A stretch of DNA of 64,000 bases from Centroscyllium fabricii (taxonomy: Eukaryota): contig JBNRSN020000003.1 of NCBI GenBank assembly GCA_051313645.2, positions 84,444,001 to 84,508,000 of the forward strand. Reading direction: 5' to 3'. Under the pieces are notes generated by a model. It was not told the DNA's origin and did no database searches. It saw nothing but the letters and a program-made list of their open reading frames with translations. The position numbers and the translations under genes were made by a program. Shown here in pieces: positions 36,356 through 46,999 of the stretch (the first letter of the stretch is position 1; each line of letters begins with the position of its first letter).

Positions 36356-38687
36356 TTCAAAATTTTTAAGTTAATAAAATTGTCGTATCGTCAATTTGTC
36401 TTAATAAAAGACTGGACGAGTAGTTACCGTAACTAAAGGCTTTTATTAACTTACTTTGGAGCTACCCTCCGAACGAACATCAGAACAGAATGAATGAAGA
36501 AATTCCTCCTCATCTCAGTCTTAAATGGCCGACCCCTTATCCTGAGACTATGCCCCCTAGTTCTAGACTCTCCAGCCAGGGGAAACAACCTCTCAGCATC
36601 TACCCTGTCAATCCCCCTCAGAATCTTGTATGTTTCAATGAGATCACCTCTCATTCTTCTAAACTCCAGAGAGTAAAGGCCCATTCTACACAATCTCTCA
36701 TCATAGGACAGCCCTCTCATCCCAGGAATCAATCTAGTGAACCTTTGTTGCACTGTCTCCACAGCAAGTCCTCACCTATAAAGGCCTCACCTGGGGGAGG
36801 AGTTAGAGGTGTGGCTGACCTGGCTCCACGACAGTATTACAGGGCTGTGTATCACACAAAGCCAATGTTGGCAACAATAATACAGTGGTAATAGTATATA
36901 CAATATGGGTTACCACAGACCTCAACTCCACTTTCCCGTCCGATCTCCATATCCATTGATTCCCCTGGAGTCCAAAAATCTCTCTATCTCAGCCTTGAAT
37001 ATACTCAAAGACTCAGTACCACAGCCCTCTGGGGCAGTGAATTGCAAAGATTTACAACCCTCTGAATGAAGAAATTCCTCCTCATCTCAGTCTTAAATGG
37101 CCGACCCCTTATCCTGAGACTATGCCCCCTAGTTCTAGACTCTCCAGCCAGGGGAAACAACCTCTCAGCATCTACCCTGTCAATCCCCCTCAGAATCTTG
37201 TATGTTTCAATGAGATCACCTCTCATTCTTCTAAACTCCAGAGAGTAAAGGCCCATTCTACACAATCTCTCATCATAGGACAGCCCTCTCATCCCAGGAA
37301 TCAATCTAGTGAACCTTTGTTGCACTGTCTCCACAGCAAGTACAGGGTATATCCTTCCTTAGATAAGGAGACCAAAACTGTGCACAGTACTCCAGGTGTG
37401 GTCTCACCAAGGCCCTGTACAAGCAAGACTTCCTTACTCTTATACTCCAACTACCTTGCAATAAAGGCCAACATGCTATTTGCCTTCCTTATTGCTTGCT
37501 GTACCTGCATGCTAACTTTCTCTGTTTCTTGCATGAGGACACCCAAATCTCTCTGAACACCAACATTTGAAAGTTTATCACCATTTTAAAAATATTCTGT
37601 TTTTCTATTATTTCTACCAAAGTGAATAACCTCACATTTCCCTACATTATACTCCATCTGCCACCTTACTGCCCACTCACTTAGTCTATCGATATCCCTT
37701 TGCAGACTCTTTGGCTGCAATCTTACCTGAGGTGGCACGTTGGGGGTGGGACTGCTGGTTTCTGGGTTCTAGTCCCGCCCCCAGCAACGTCTGACGAACA
37801 AACGCTATTTTCCATTGATTGGCTTTGTTAAGCCCGCCCTGCAGGCTTGCCGGCCAATTCAGGAAAAGCCGGTGTCAGTGCATGGCGCTTCATCTGCCGG
37901 TTTTGTTAAAGGGACAAGCCCCATAATTTTTTGACAGATGAATTGTCAGTGTTTGACAGCACTGAGGTGCACCAATGACTCTCTCTTTAAGAGAAAACAG
38001 ATGGCAGTTGCATGTGAGATTGCAGAAACCATCTGTCAATTCTCCCGATCAGATGAGGCTTCACACAAACGTCAAATCTTGTCACCTGCAGATACATATA
38101 AACAGAATAAAAATATTTCTCACTACATTCTCTCACCTGTCATACCTGTGTACCATTGCACCCATCACACTACCTCTGCAGCTGCCATTTGCACACTTAC
38201 ACTGCAGCAGACCCACAGCTCACCTCACTGACCCTGGCGGGGTTTCCTGCCATTGGGAAGGCCGCATCAGCAGGCTGAAAATGGGGAATCGCCTCTTAAC
38301 TAGGCAGTTCATTGGCTCTAATCCCCTTCCTGCCGCTAGGAGATGGATCGCTGTGCGAGTCAGGGACCTGCTTCCCGGGAGGATGGTTCGGAGGCGGGTT
38401 GGTAGTGGGGTTGGGACCCTCTCCCAATTTTTCCCATTTTCCCAGCAGTCCAGGGAATTTGTCGGCTTTTAAACCCATTAGTTTCTCGAGTACATTTTCT
38501 CTACTTATATTAATTACGTTAATGGAACACAGAGGGAGAAAAAAAAGAGCAGGGGTGATTTCATAACTGCTTACCCAGCAGAAACCAGGCGGGCAGATAA
38601 AATCACCTGGATCACATTATCCACTGGCGTCCTTCTTTTATCCCACAGTCTGAGATTTTAACCTGCTAGTTTAACCATGGGCCTGAG

Positions 38688-38840
38688 TAAGAACATAAGA
38701 ACATAAGAATTAGAAGCAGGAGTCAGCCATACGGCCCCTTGAGCCTGCTCCACCATTCAATAAGATCATGGCTGATTTTTGACCTTAATTCCACTTTCCT
38801 GTGCTATCCCCATATCCCTTAATTCCTCTGGAGTCCAAAG
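38688..38840 (-). mobile_element. CR1 3' tail fragment
   Basis: (TAAGAACA)n and GAGCCTGCTCCACCATTCAATAAGATCATGGCTG. Confidence 0.85.
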
Positions 38841-40167
38841 TAGGGAAGTGGTTGTGGCTTGCCTGCCAGGTCAGCCTACTGGGAAAAGGCTCCAGGGTCA
38901 GATGAGGTAAGTTTATTTAACATTTATTTTTACTTTCCTTGTAGGGTCTGGAGTGCTCCTCCAGCACCCACAAGGAACATTTAGCCCTCCCCTGCCCGTT
39001 TCCACTCCCCCGATCAAGGCCCTTCTCAAATCCCCTCCCTGCGACATACCCGCGTGTTGGGGACCATTCCTTCGGTCCCTGGCAGTGGCCACCTGCTGCC
39101 TTGTTAGGCCAGGCTTTCACCCAGACTCAAAGTTACAATGCAGAGGGGGGTGGTTAGAGATCATTGGCTTAGAAATTAAAATTTGTTGCAACCATTTTAG
39201 GGGTGTAAAAAAGGCACACTGAGGCCCAGTTTCTGAAAGCAACATCCTGCACCCCAAGGACACGTGAAAGACATCCCACCCGAAATTGGGTCGGGCCGTT
39301 TTTCAGGTGTCCTTGATGTCAGCCTACCACAGGCCTTAGGTAACTTACACATATAAATGAGTAACTAGCGTGCTTTTTAGGCCCCCTTACATACATTTTT
39401 CTGTGATGAGCAGAGGCAAGTATTGGGCCTACCCCACTCAGGAATCTTCAGCAGCCACTGCGGCCTAAACAGCGACTGCCAACAAAAGGTTAGTTTCTAA
39501 AAAAATTAATTTCTAAAAATGCAAGGAGAAGCAGGAAGACAGTATTCGTGATCGCCCCATCCCATTGCCGCTACCCGTTCTTTGGGCCACTGCTGGCGAG
39601 GCAAGCGTCGCGACTTGCGATATCCGTACACGCAAAATGATCGAGCTGCTTGTATAGGCACATCAGGCGGCTCGTCCAAATTAAGCAAATGAGGAGCAAG
39701 GCCCAATTAAAGGGGAGCCTCGGTCTACCCAGCTGGAGCGCATGCTCCGAAAACCGATCATAACCAATTTCTACCTCATTTTGTTAAAGTCAAATGAGAT
39801 CACTACCTGATTTAGGGGTAGGGGTTAGATTTTCAAAATAACATTGATTTCAATGGACAGTAAAATTGGGCAGTTTCTATAATGAGAAGCCGACCTGCAA
39901 TGCCAGTTCTACGCCTGGGCAGCAAGTTGAAAGGAAGCGTGGCATGTTCCTTGTGTTGTATTATTACATGTAGATGCATTGTAGGATTGAATTAAGTGAG
40001 TCATTGTTCTGTATGTTCACTTGTTGTCTGTGAAATAAAACATCTTAACAAGTCTGCCCTCACCTTATTGAGTGTTTTCTCAGTTCACCTTCAAAAACAT
40101 TGGTGATGCACACATAGGGGCAATGTGTAAATGGCACAAACATCCATTTCAGATCATATTTTTACAT

Positions 40168-40282
40168 TTGCAAGAAGTCACACAACACCAGATTATAGTC
40201 CAACAGTTTTATTTTAAATCACAATCTGGTGTTCTGTGACTTCTTGCAATTGTCCACCCCAGTCCAACACCGGCACCTCCAC
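40168..40282 (+). mobile_element. Tiny Penelope 3' tail with fold-back 5' inversion
   Basis: 27-bp inverted arms; 15-bp TSD ATCATATTTTTACAT (40153-67/40283-97). Confidence 0.8.
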
Positions 40283-40523
40283 ATCATATTTTTACATGCC
40301 TGGGTTGCACTATTGTATATTTGATATTGGACAGTATGACACACCCCTAAACGCAAGACATTCAGATAATTTACAGGAGTGACCAATACCACAGTACCCC
40401 AAAATATATCTAAGGCAAGAACCGAAACATGTAATAGCTTCAGTTTGCATCAGCAGGTATCAGCAGGATATGGAACAAGGCAACATTCAGATGTCATGAT
40501 ACAGGACCAGTCTTCGAACCTAA

Positions 40524-40870
40524 TCATGATGTGGAGGTGCCGGTGTTGGACTGGGGTGGACAAATGTAAGAAGTCACACAACACCAGGGTATAGTCCAAC
40601 AGTTTTATTTGAAATCAGAAGCTTTCGGAGCGTTGCTCCTTCATCAGGTGTAGTAGAGATGCATAAAGACACAGCATATATAGTCGGAGAACAATGTAAT
40701 CTTTCCAATTGCCCTTCATCACACCTCGGCAGAGAGACATTCATAGCAATCAAAGGTGTGAATGGTGTTCAAACAGGTCAGTCAGGCAGGCACCATTTTT
40801 TTTTAATTGTTGGTTTTTCACACAGACCCCAGACCCCAGCATGTGCAACATTTGACCCTTTGTGACTCCA
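40524..40870 (-). mobile_element. Penelope 3' pLTR fragment with hammerhead motif (40615-40651)
   Basis: Reverse complement of the 16283-16405 tail; CTGATGA-GGAGC/GCTCC-GAAAGCTT. Right boundary approximate. Confidence 0.75.
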
Positions 40871-40885
40871 CCTCATTGTTCTTCG

Positions 40886-41078
40886 GATGGTGCCAATTCA
40901 TTAAATATATTCAAGAAAGAGTTGGATATATTTCTTGAGTCTAAAGAGATCAAGGGATACGGGGAGAAAGCAGGGACAGGGTACTGAATTTGGATGATCA
41001 GCCATGATCTCATTGAATGGCAGAGCAGGCTCGAGGAGCCGAATGGCCTACTCCTGCTCCTATCTTCTATGTTTCTAT
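40886..41078 (+). mobile_element. CR1 3' fragment
   Basis: Matches the reverse complement of 22826-23020. Confidence 0.88.
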
Positions 41079-42049
41079 GAAAATGGCCAAAAAAAATCCT
41101 GAAACGTGACATCCATATTTACAGAAAATTGTCCTTTCAAAAAAAATGGCAATGTACCTTTAAGAGTTTCCTGACATGCAATAATGTTGCTCGCTTTTAA
41201 TGCCTGCTTTCAATAGGCAAACTTAGGGAAAGACATTTGCCCAAATCTCAGAAGATGGAACCCTGAAAAGCAAGGTTCACATTTGAACCTATTATGTATA
41301 AGTAATGAAGCTCTCAAACATGCTGTAGGAGGACTATTACTCCAAGCAGAAAATACGGATGGGGAATGGTGCACTGGCCATTATCTTATCATTTTCCAGT
41401 TCCCCATTTGTTACCGCTGGCAGATCCACCTCTGCAAAGTTGGGTTTCTATCCTGCAATCACACTATTCTCTTTTAAGCTCGATTGAGGTCAGTCAGATC
41501 CAATGTAGGATACCGACCAACTACAGGACTGAGTAATATTGAGTCCGGATAGCAAACTGTGCAACTTTCTTGTACAATTCCTGCTGTGGTGATTGCCGAT
41601 ATGGATGCAAATTAATTCGCAACAGTCTTGAACTTTCAGATTCCTTTTACCAAAATGTTAACTGCACCGTCATGTCCATATGAGAGAAATTTCACACATA
41701 GTAATAGCCATTAATGCACAGCAGGGGTGTGGTAACCTTTCAGAGCTAGCAACAGAAAAGTTAGACCTGAATAACCACAAATCCTTTTTTTTAATGGAGC
41801 ATATATAACACTGTCATCTTATGTTGACTAGTTTTGGGGGGTAAGGGTAGTTAAGTGTTTTTATTGTGACTACTTAAAAAAATGATTAAGAATTGACCAG
41901 CAGCCCACGTACCATTGCAATCAACCAGTCTCTATTTATGTTCTGTCATTCCCAAAACACTGATGTAGGAAATTAATATATTCTGAGAGAACTGATTCCC
42001 TTTGCCTTGTTGCCCCAACAAATAAGGTTCCCCCAATAACAAGAAGTGA

Positions 42050-42475
42050 TATAACAACAGAAAACGCTGGAAAAACTCAGCAGGCTAGGCAGCATCGGTG
42101 GAGAGAGAAACAGAGTTAACGTTTCAGGTCGATGACCTTTCTTCAGAACTGGAGAAACCGAGGGGGGGGGGCGGATAGATTTTAAAGCTGGTAGGGGCTG
42201 GGGAAAGGGGGAGGGGTTGAAAGAACAAAAGAAAGGTCAGCGACAGGATAGAAGGCAGGGGAGATTAAGAGACATTGAGAGACATTAAGAGAAATTCAAG
42301 GAACACAGGATGGCTCTGGATAGGTGTGAACGGCAGAGAGAAGAAAAAAGAAAAAAGCCCAGACAAAAGTGTGGATTGAAAAAAGAGAGAAAATATATAT
42401 ATATATATAAAAAGTGTGATGGGGCCGAGGTTATGATCTATAATTTTTGAACTCTATGTTTAGTACAGAAGGCTA
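42050..42475 (-). mobile_element. Penelope (second family) 3' fragment with hammerhead motif (42114-42150)
   Basis: Homologous to 46634-46950; AGTT-CTGAAGA-AGGTC/GACCT-GAAACGTT-AACT. Confidence 0.75.
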
Positions 42476-43309
42476 AGAAGAATTGATACCCAACTACTGT
42501 CCATTTATGCCCTGTACTGGAGGCAGAATGTGTTAGATGTACTGTACTTTGTAGAATTTGTTAAATCTATCGCCATTGCTACGTTTAATGTTAGAAGGAG
42601 GACAAATGACGACAGACTCAGGTTAAGTTCTAACTGGGTGATGTTTACTGTACATGGTAAAATCACAACTTAACCCGTGGCGCTTCTCGCGCCACCATAT
42701 TTACATTAGCTTACAGCATAGTCTACTAGAGTACTAATAGCTAACTCATCGAGGACTGAGGACTAATGGAAGACTGAACAGGAACTACACACACGAGCTT
42801 ATATACACACACGACAGTGGCTGGTAAGGGTACTGCAGCCTGGTAACATCACATGATGCAGTGCCCAGCACCATCCTTAAAGGCACAGGCCATCGTATAG
42901 CACCGGGGTGATATAGAGGGGTGATGCCGAGGTAGAGTCTAGCATCATCAGTACATAGGTGTATGTTGTCCATACACCACATTCCTCCCTTCCTAATTCA
43001 ATCGTACGGGTACAATGATAAGTACACTCAGAAATATAACAATTAACTTTTGTACATACATTGTTCGATGCTAGCTAGTCGCTTACCATCATTTTTAACC
43101 CATTCAACTCAGTATAACCTTTTTCATACAACAATATTTTTCCAACAATAATCAACGTACATTTGTCACCTTGTACACTTCCTTAACATGGTGCATTCAC
43201 TATATACATTTGAATGTTCTACATTGTAAACAATTTTAACATTTAACTTTTTCTAGTTACTTGTACTCTGTACATTTGAACACTCTAACATTATTAACAA
43301 TTTAAACAT

Positions 43310-44287
43310 TCAATGCTTTCTCGTGTTTCTCCGACGGTGTTGTTTCTTTGTTTTCGTGGTCAGTTCCTCGACTGTATGGCTTCCATCGCTTTCATCAGCA
43401 ACCTGGTAGCCGTGGCTTCCAAGCCATTCTGTGTCCATCGTCTCTGGATAGCCTTGCTCTCCAGCTGTCCCCTCCGACAAACCCAGTTTCCCGAGTTGAG
43501 CAATCATGCGCTCACGTTTTCTTTCCAACTCCGCCTTCCCTTCCGCCAATAGCTCGTTCTCCTGCTTTATTACAGCCAGTTTCTCCTTAAGTTCAGTTGA
43601 GAGCTGCTCCAATTTGCTCTCATAGTCAGTTATTTTGGAGCTCAGCTGTGTCTGGAGATCCTTATTTCGTTCCTTGGCCTCGTGCAGATCGTCTTGCAGT
43701 GCCTTGTTTGTTTCAAGCAACTCCTGCATCTGCGACTTGAGTTGGTTCATTTCTTTGTGCATCTCCTCCAGTGGCTCATTTCTGTCCTGCGAAGCAGCCA
43801 CTGTAGCTTTAAAGTCGACTAATGGCCTCTGGCTATTGCTAGCCAAGTCCTTGCAGCCCCTTTCTGTGTCTGGGGTGCTTGCCGATATCCGTAATGGAGG
43901 TGCGTAACTCAGTCCAGCACCGTAAGGCGACAGTTCACTCACTGTCCCTCCTTCAGTTGTCTGAAGTGCTCCGTACAACCGTGATCTGACGTGTTGATGC
44001 TTCCGCTCGTTTTGTGCAGTCCACAACAACTCAATTTGGTCTTGGGCTTCCTTCAGCCCCCGAGTCAGACAAGAGATATGTCTCTGGTGTATCTCCAGTC
44101 TGTCCGACGTGGCTGTACTCTTTTCTTCACCCTTGATGTGTAAATCCTGGGTAGAGTTCCAATCTATATGGATCTTCTTCATCCATTCACGTCCCAAGAG
44201 TGGTGTTCCGCCATCTTCCAGTACGTACAGGTAGAGGCCTTTAGTCTGCTTGCCTTCGTTCTTCACTGAGACGGCTAACCGACCCAA
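43310..44287 (-). CDS. Protease C-terminus fused to a ~270-aa coiled-coil domain with basic tail
   Basis: LLGREWMKKI (protease end), then heptads LEEMHKEMNQLKSQMQELLETNKALQDDL...; ends KKQHRRRNTRKH. The start is a frameshift continuation. Confidence 0.65.
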   Translation of the reverse strand: MGRLAVSVKNEGKQTKGLYLYVLEDGGTPLLGREWMKKIHIDWNSTQDLHIKGEEKSTATSDRLEIHQRHISCLTRGLKEAQDQIELLWTAQNERKHQHVRSRLYGALQTTEGGTVSELSPYGAGLSYAPPLRISASTPDTERGCKDLASNSQRPLVDFKATVAASQDRNEPLEEMHKEMNQLKSQMQELLETNKALQDDLHEAKERNKDLQTQLSSKITDYESKLEQLSTELKEKLAVIKQENELLAEGKAELERKRERMIAQLGKLGLSEGTAGEQGYPETMDTEWLGSHGYQVADESDGSHTVEELTTKTKKQHRRRNTRKH

Positions 44288-44299
44288 AGTCCTTAACTT

Positions 44300-45030
44300 C
44301 TGTCCCGTATATGTTTTCCAAATTACGGGTGACTGTTCTAGGGGAATCCCCTTAAAGGTTTTCTTATAAAACCGACAGAGCTGACCCTGTGTCGAGCTCC
44401 ATTGATATGGGTACCCCTGCCACCTTGAGGGGAATCCGCATAATCTTCCGGTCCCGGTCCGATTGTATACCCATGTTATGGACCGTTAGGCTTCCTAGCC
44501 CCCAGTGCTCTTTGCCCTGGTTCTCTGGTTCACTCCCTGAACCGTCCTCTGTAATCTCGTGGACCTTCTTGGCCCCACCCTGTTTACAGTTTTGTCTTCT
44601 TGGTCCTTTTGTCAGCTTTCCGGACCGGCATACCGCTGCAATGTGGCCCGTCTTGCCACACTGCCAGCAATCTTTATCTTTGGCCCAGCACTTGTGCTGG
44701 GCGTGTGTGGTCTTGCCACACCTGAAGCACCTTTCCTTGTGCCAAGTAGTCTTGTGGGCTTTCACACAACCCCCACTGTTCCTTATCTGAGCTGCGCCTC
44801 CTGCAGCGGCCTCGTGGGCAGATTTATCCCCTCTCGTTGGTGATACCAGTGTTCGCAATAACCCGTATGCTTCGGGTCCTAGAGAATTTAACAGAATCTT
44901 TCATTTGTTAACTTGAGCTATTACCTGCACCTCGCAGTAGATGTCAAATTGTTCCAAATACGATTCCCAGTCTTCTTTCCCAGGCTGAAAAGTCCCAAAT
45001 GTTGTTCTGTCTCTGTTTTCTTCTTCCCCC
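44300..45030 (-). pseudogene. gag: Truncated Mag-type gag (two zinc knuckles) and protease LDTGS
   Basis: CFRCGKTTHAQHKC / CWQCGKTGHIAAVC, MELDTGSALSV; the capsid middle is missing. Confidence 0.85.
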
Positions 45031-45054
45031 ATTCTGGCTTATTGGGGTAAAATG

Positions 45055-45395
45055 GCATCTGGTCCCGCCCCCTTGTGCTTCTCTTCCGTTTTCGATCGGG
45101 TGTCTGGTCCCGCCCCTTTTTGCCTCACTTCCGGTCTTTTCGCGTTCGTTCGGCAGTCTGGTCCCGCCCCTTTTTGCATCACTTCCGGTTTTGGTTTTGT
45201 TTGCCATCTGGTCCCGCCCCGTTTTGCACCACTTCCGGTCTTTTCGCGTTCTTCCGGGCATCTGGTCCCGCCCCTTTCGCATCACTTCCGGTTTTTTCGC
45301 GTTCTTCTGGGTGTCTGGTCTCGCCCCCTTTCGCGTCCCTTCCGGTCCTCGGGGTTTTTTTTCTCTCGCTCGGGCGTCTGGCCCCGCCCCACTGC
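45055..45395. repeat. ~50-bp tandem array with alternating GC-box (GGGGCGGG) and ETS (CCGGAAGTG) motifs
   Basis: CTGGTCCCGCCCC repeated ~5-7 times, CACTTCCGGT 4 times. Confidence 0.75.
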
Positions 45396-46698
45396 TCTTC
45401 TTTTCCGGCGTTTTCGCGGTAACAATGGCGTTTCCCGCCCTAGCGCCGCTTCCCCGCGGGGTTTTTTAAAATTTTCTTTTCCCCACTGCGGTCTGGTCAG
45501 CAATTCCTCACCTCGGGTCTCCCTGGAGCTGGATCTGGACCTCGATTTCTGCAGGCCTTCTCCCCCCCCCCCCCCCTGCGGAGCTCTGCTGGCTGCTGTT
45601 GCTTACTCTGCAGGTCGCTGTGGGGCTCGCTCTGGCTGCTGTCGCCGTCCGCTGAAGGCTGCTACTGGTGATCGCCGGCGCTGATCTGCAGGTTTCTGTC
45701 TTGAGCTTCTCCGTCTGCTGTAAGCTGCTGCTGGATCTCGTTTGAGCGCCTTGCCACACTCCTTTCAGTGTGTAGGCCTCCGAGTTCCTCCTTCAAAACG
45801 CTGCCCCTCCTAGACTCGAGGAGCAGGGCGTGCCATAGCCATTGATGGATCCGTTCCGGTAAGAACTCTCCTCATTTCGCTAGTGTGGCCGAATGCACAG
45901 CTATGCATTCGATTTATCTCGTCGCCACTGTTAAATCTATCGCCATTGCTACGTTTAATGTTAGAAGGAGGACAAATGACGACAGACTCAGGTTAAGTTC
46001 TAACTGGGTGATGTTTACTGTACATGGTAAAATCACAACTTAACCCGTGGCGCTTCTCGCGCCACCATATTTACATTAGCTTACAGCATAGTCTACTAGA
46101 GTACTATAATACAATACAATACATATACAATTCAATTTATTGTCATTGTAAAGTGAACACAATACAATGAAATGCAAACATGCAATCTCCCAAAGAAACA
46201 ATAGATGTTAAAATGTCCTCTCCTGTAAGTCCCAGTCTGGTCCATAATGCCCCCCTGACGGCTAACTCATCGAGGACTGAGGACTAATGGAAGACTAAAG
46301 AGGAACTACACACGTGAGCTTATATACACACGACAGTGGCTGGTAAGGGTACTGCAGCCTGGTAACATCACATGATGCAGTGCCCAGCACCATCCTTAAA
46401 GGCACAGGCCATCGTATAGCACCGGGGTGATATAGAGGGGTGATGCCGAGGTAGAGTCTAGCATCATCAGTACATAGGTGTATGTTGTCCATACACCACA
46501 GAATTAGATATAGATTTATGACTGAGGGAAATCTACTGGAGTGTTGTGCTTGTTGGTTTTCCTTACTTCCCCATGTGCACTTAACCTCAATTATAAACTC
46601 CAACATGGTGCTATAAACTATATTGGTGTACTGAAATAACAACAGAAAATGCTGGAAATGCTCAGCAGGTCAGGCAGCACCTGTGGAGAGAGAAACAG

Positions 46699-46735
46699 AG
46701 TTAACTTTTCAGGTCTGTGACCCTTCGTCAGAACT
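46699..46735 (-). ncRNA. Hammerhead motif (stem III mutated)
   Basis: AGTT-CTGACGA-AGGGTC/GACCT-GAAAAGTT-AACT. Confidence 0.55.
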
Positions 46736-46999
46736 GGAAAAAGTTTGAGATGTAACAGATTTTAAGCAGGTGCAGAGGCAGGGAAAAGTGGGAGGGGAGG
46801 AAAGAACAAAAGGGATAGGGTTGAAGGCAGGAGTGGTTAAATATTGCAAGTGGGGATGGCAGAATTATCAACAGCTGCCGCCTGAAAAAATAGGGTCAGC
46901 GTTTATGGTCTGAAAATTTTGAACTCAATGTTGAGTCCAGAAGGCTGCAAAGTGTCTGCTAGAAAGATGAGGTGCTGTTCCTCGAGCTTACATTGAGTT

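Larger units (their letters stand above)
31809..36917 (-). mobile_element. Gypsy element B (family lacking a tRNA PBS)
   Basis: LTRs 31809-32085 and 36381-36917 (with a 279-bp patch); TSD GACCT (31804-08/36918-22). Confidence 0.95.
31710..37711 (-). mobile_element. CR1 LINE 3' fragment interrupted by Gypsy element B
   Basis: Tail 31710-31808 continues at 36923; ORF 37005-37334 has CR1 motifs. Confidence 0.9.
42559..46500 (-). mobile_element. Non-autonomous Mag-like Gypsy element (truncated gag, protease, coiled-coil ORF; no RT/RH/IN)
   Basis: LTRs 42559-42981 and 45929-46500 (LINE-tail insert ~46110-46260); TSD GAATT; PBS TGGCGACGAG; PPT AGGAAGGGAGGAA. Confidence 0.92.
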
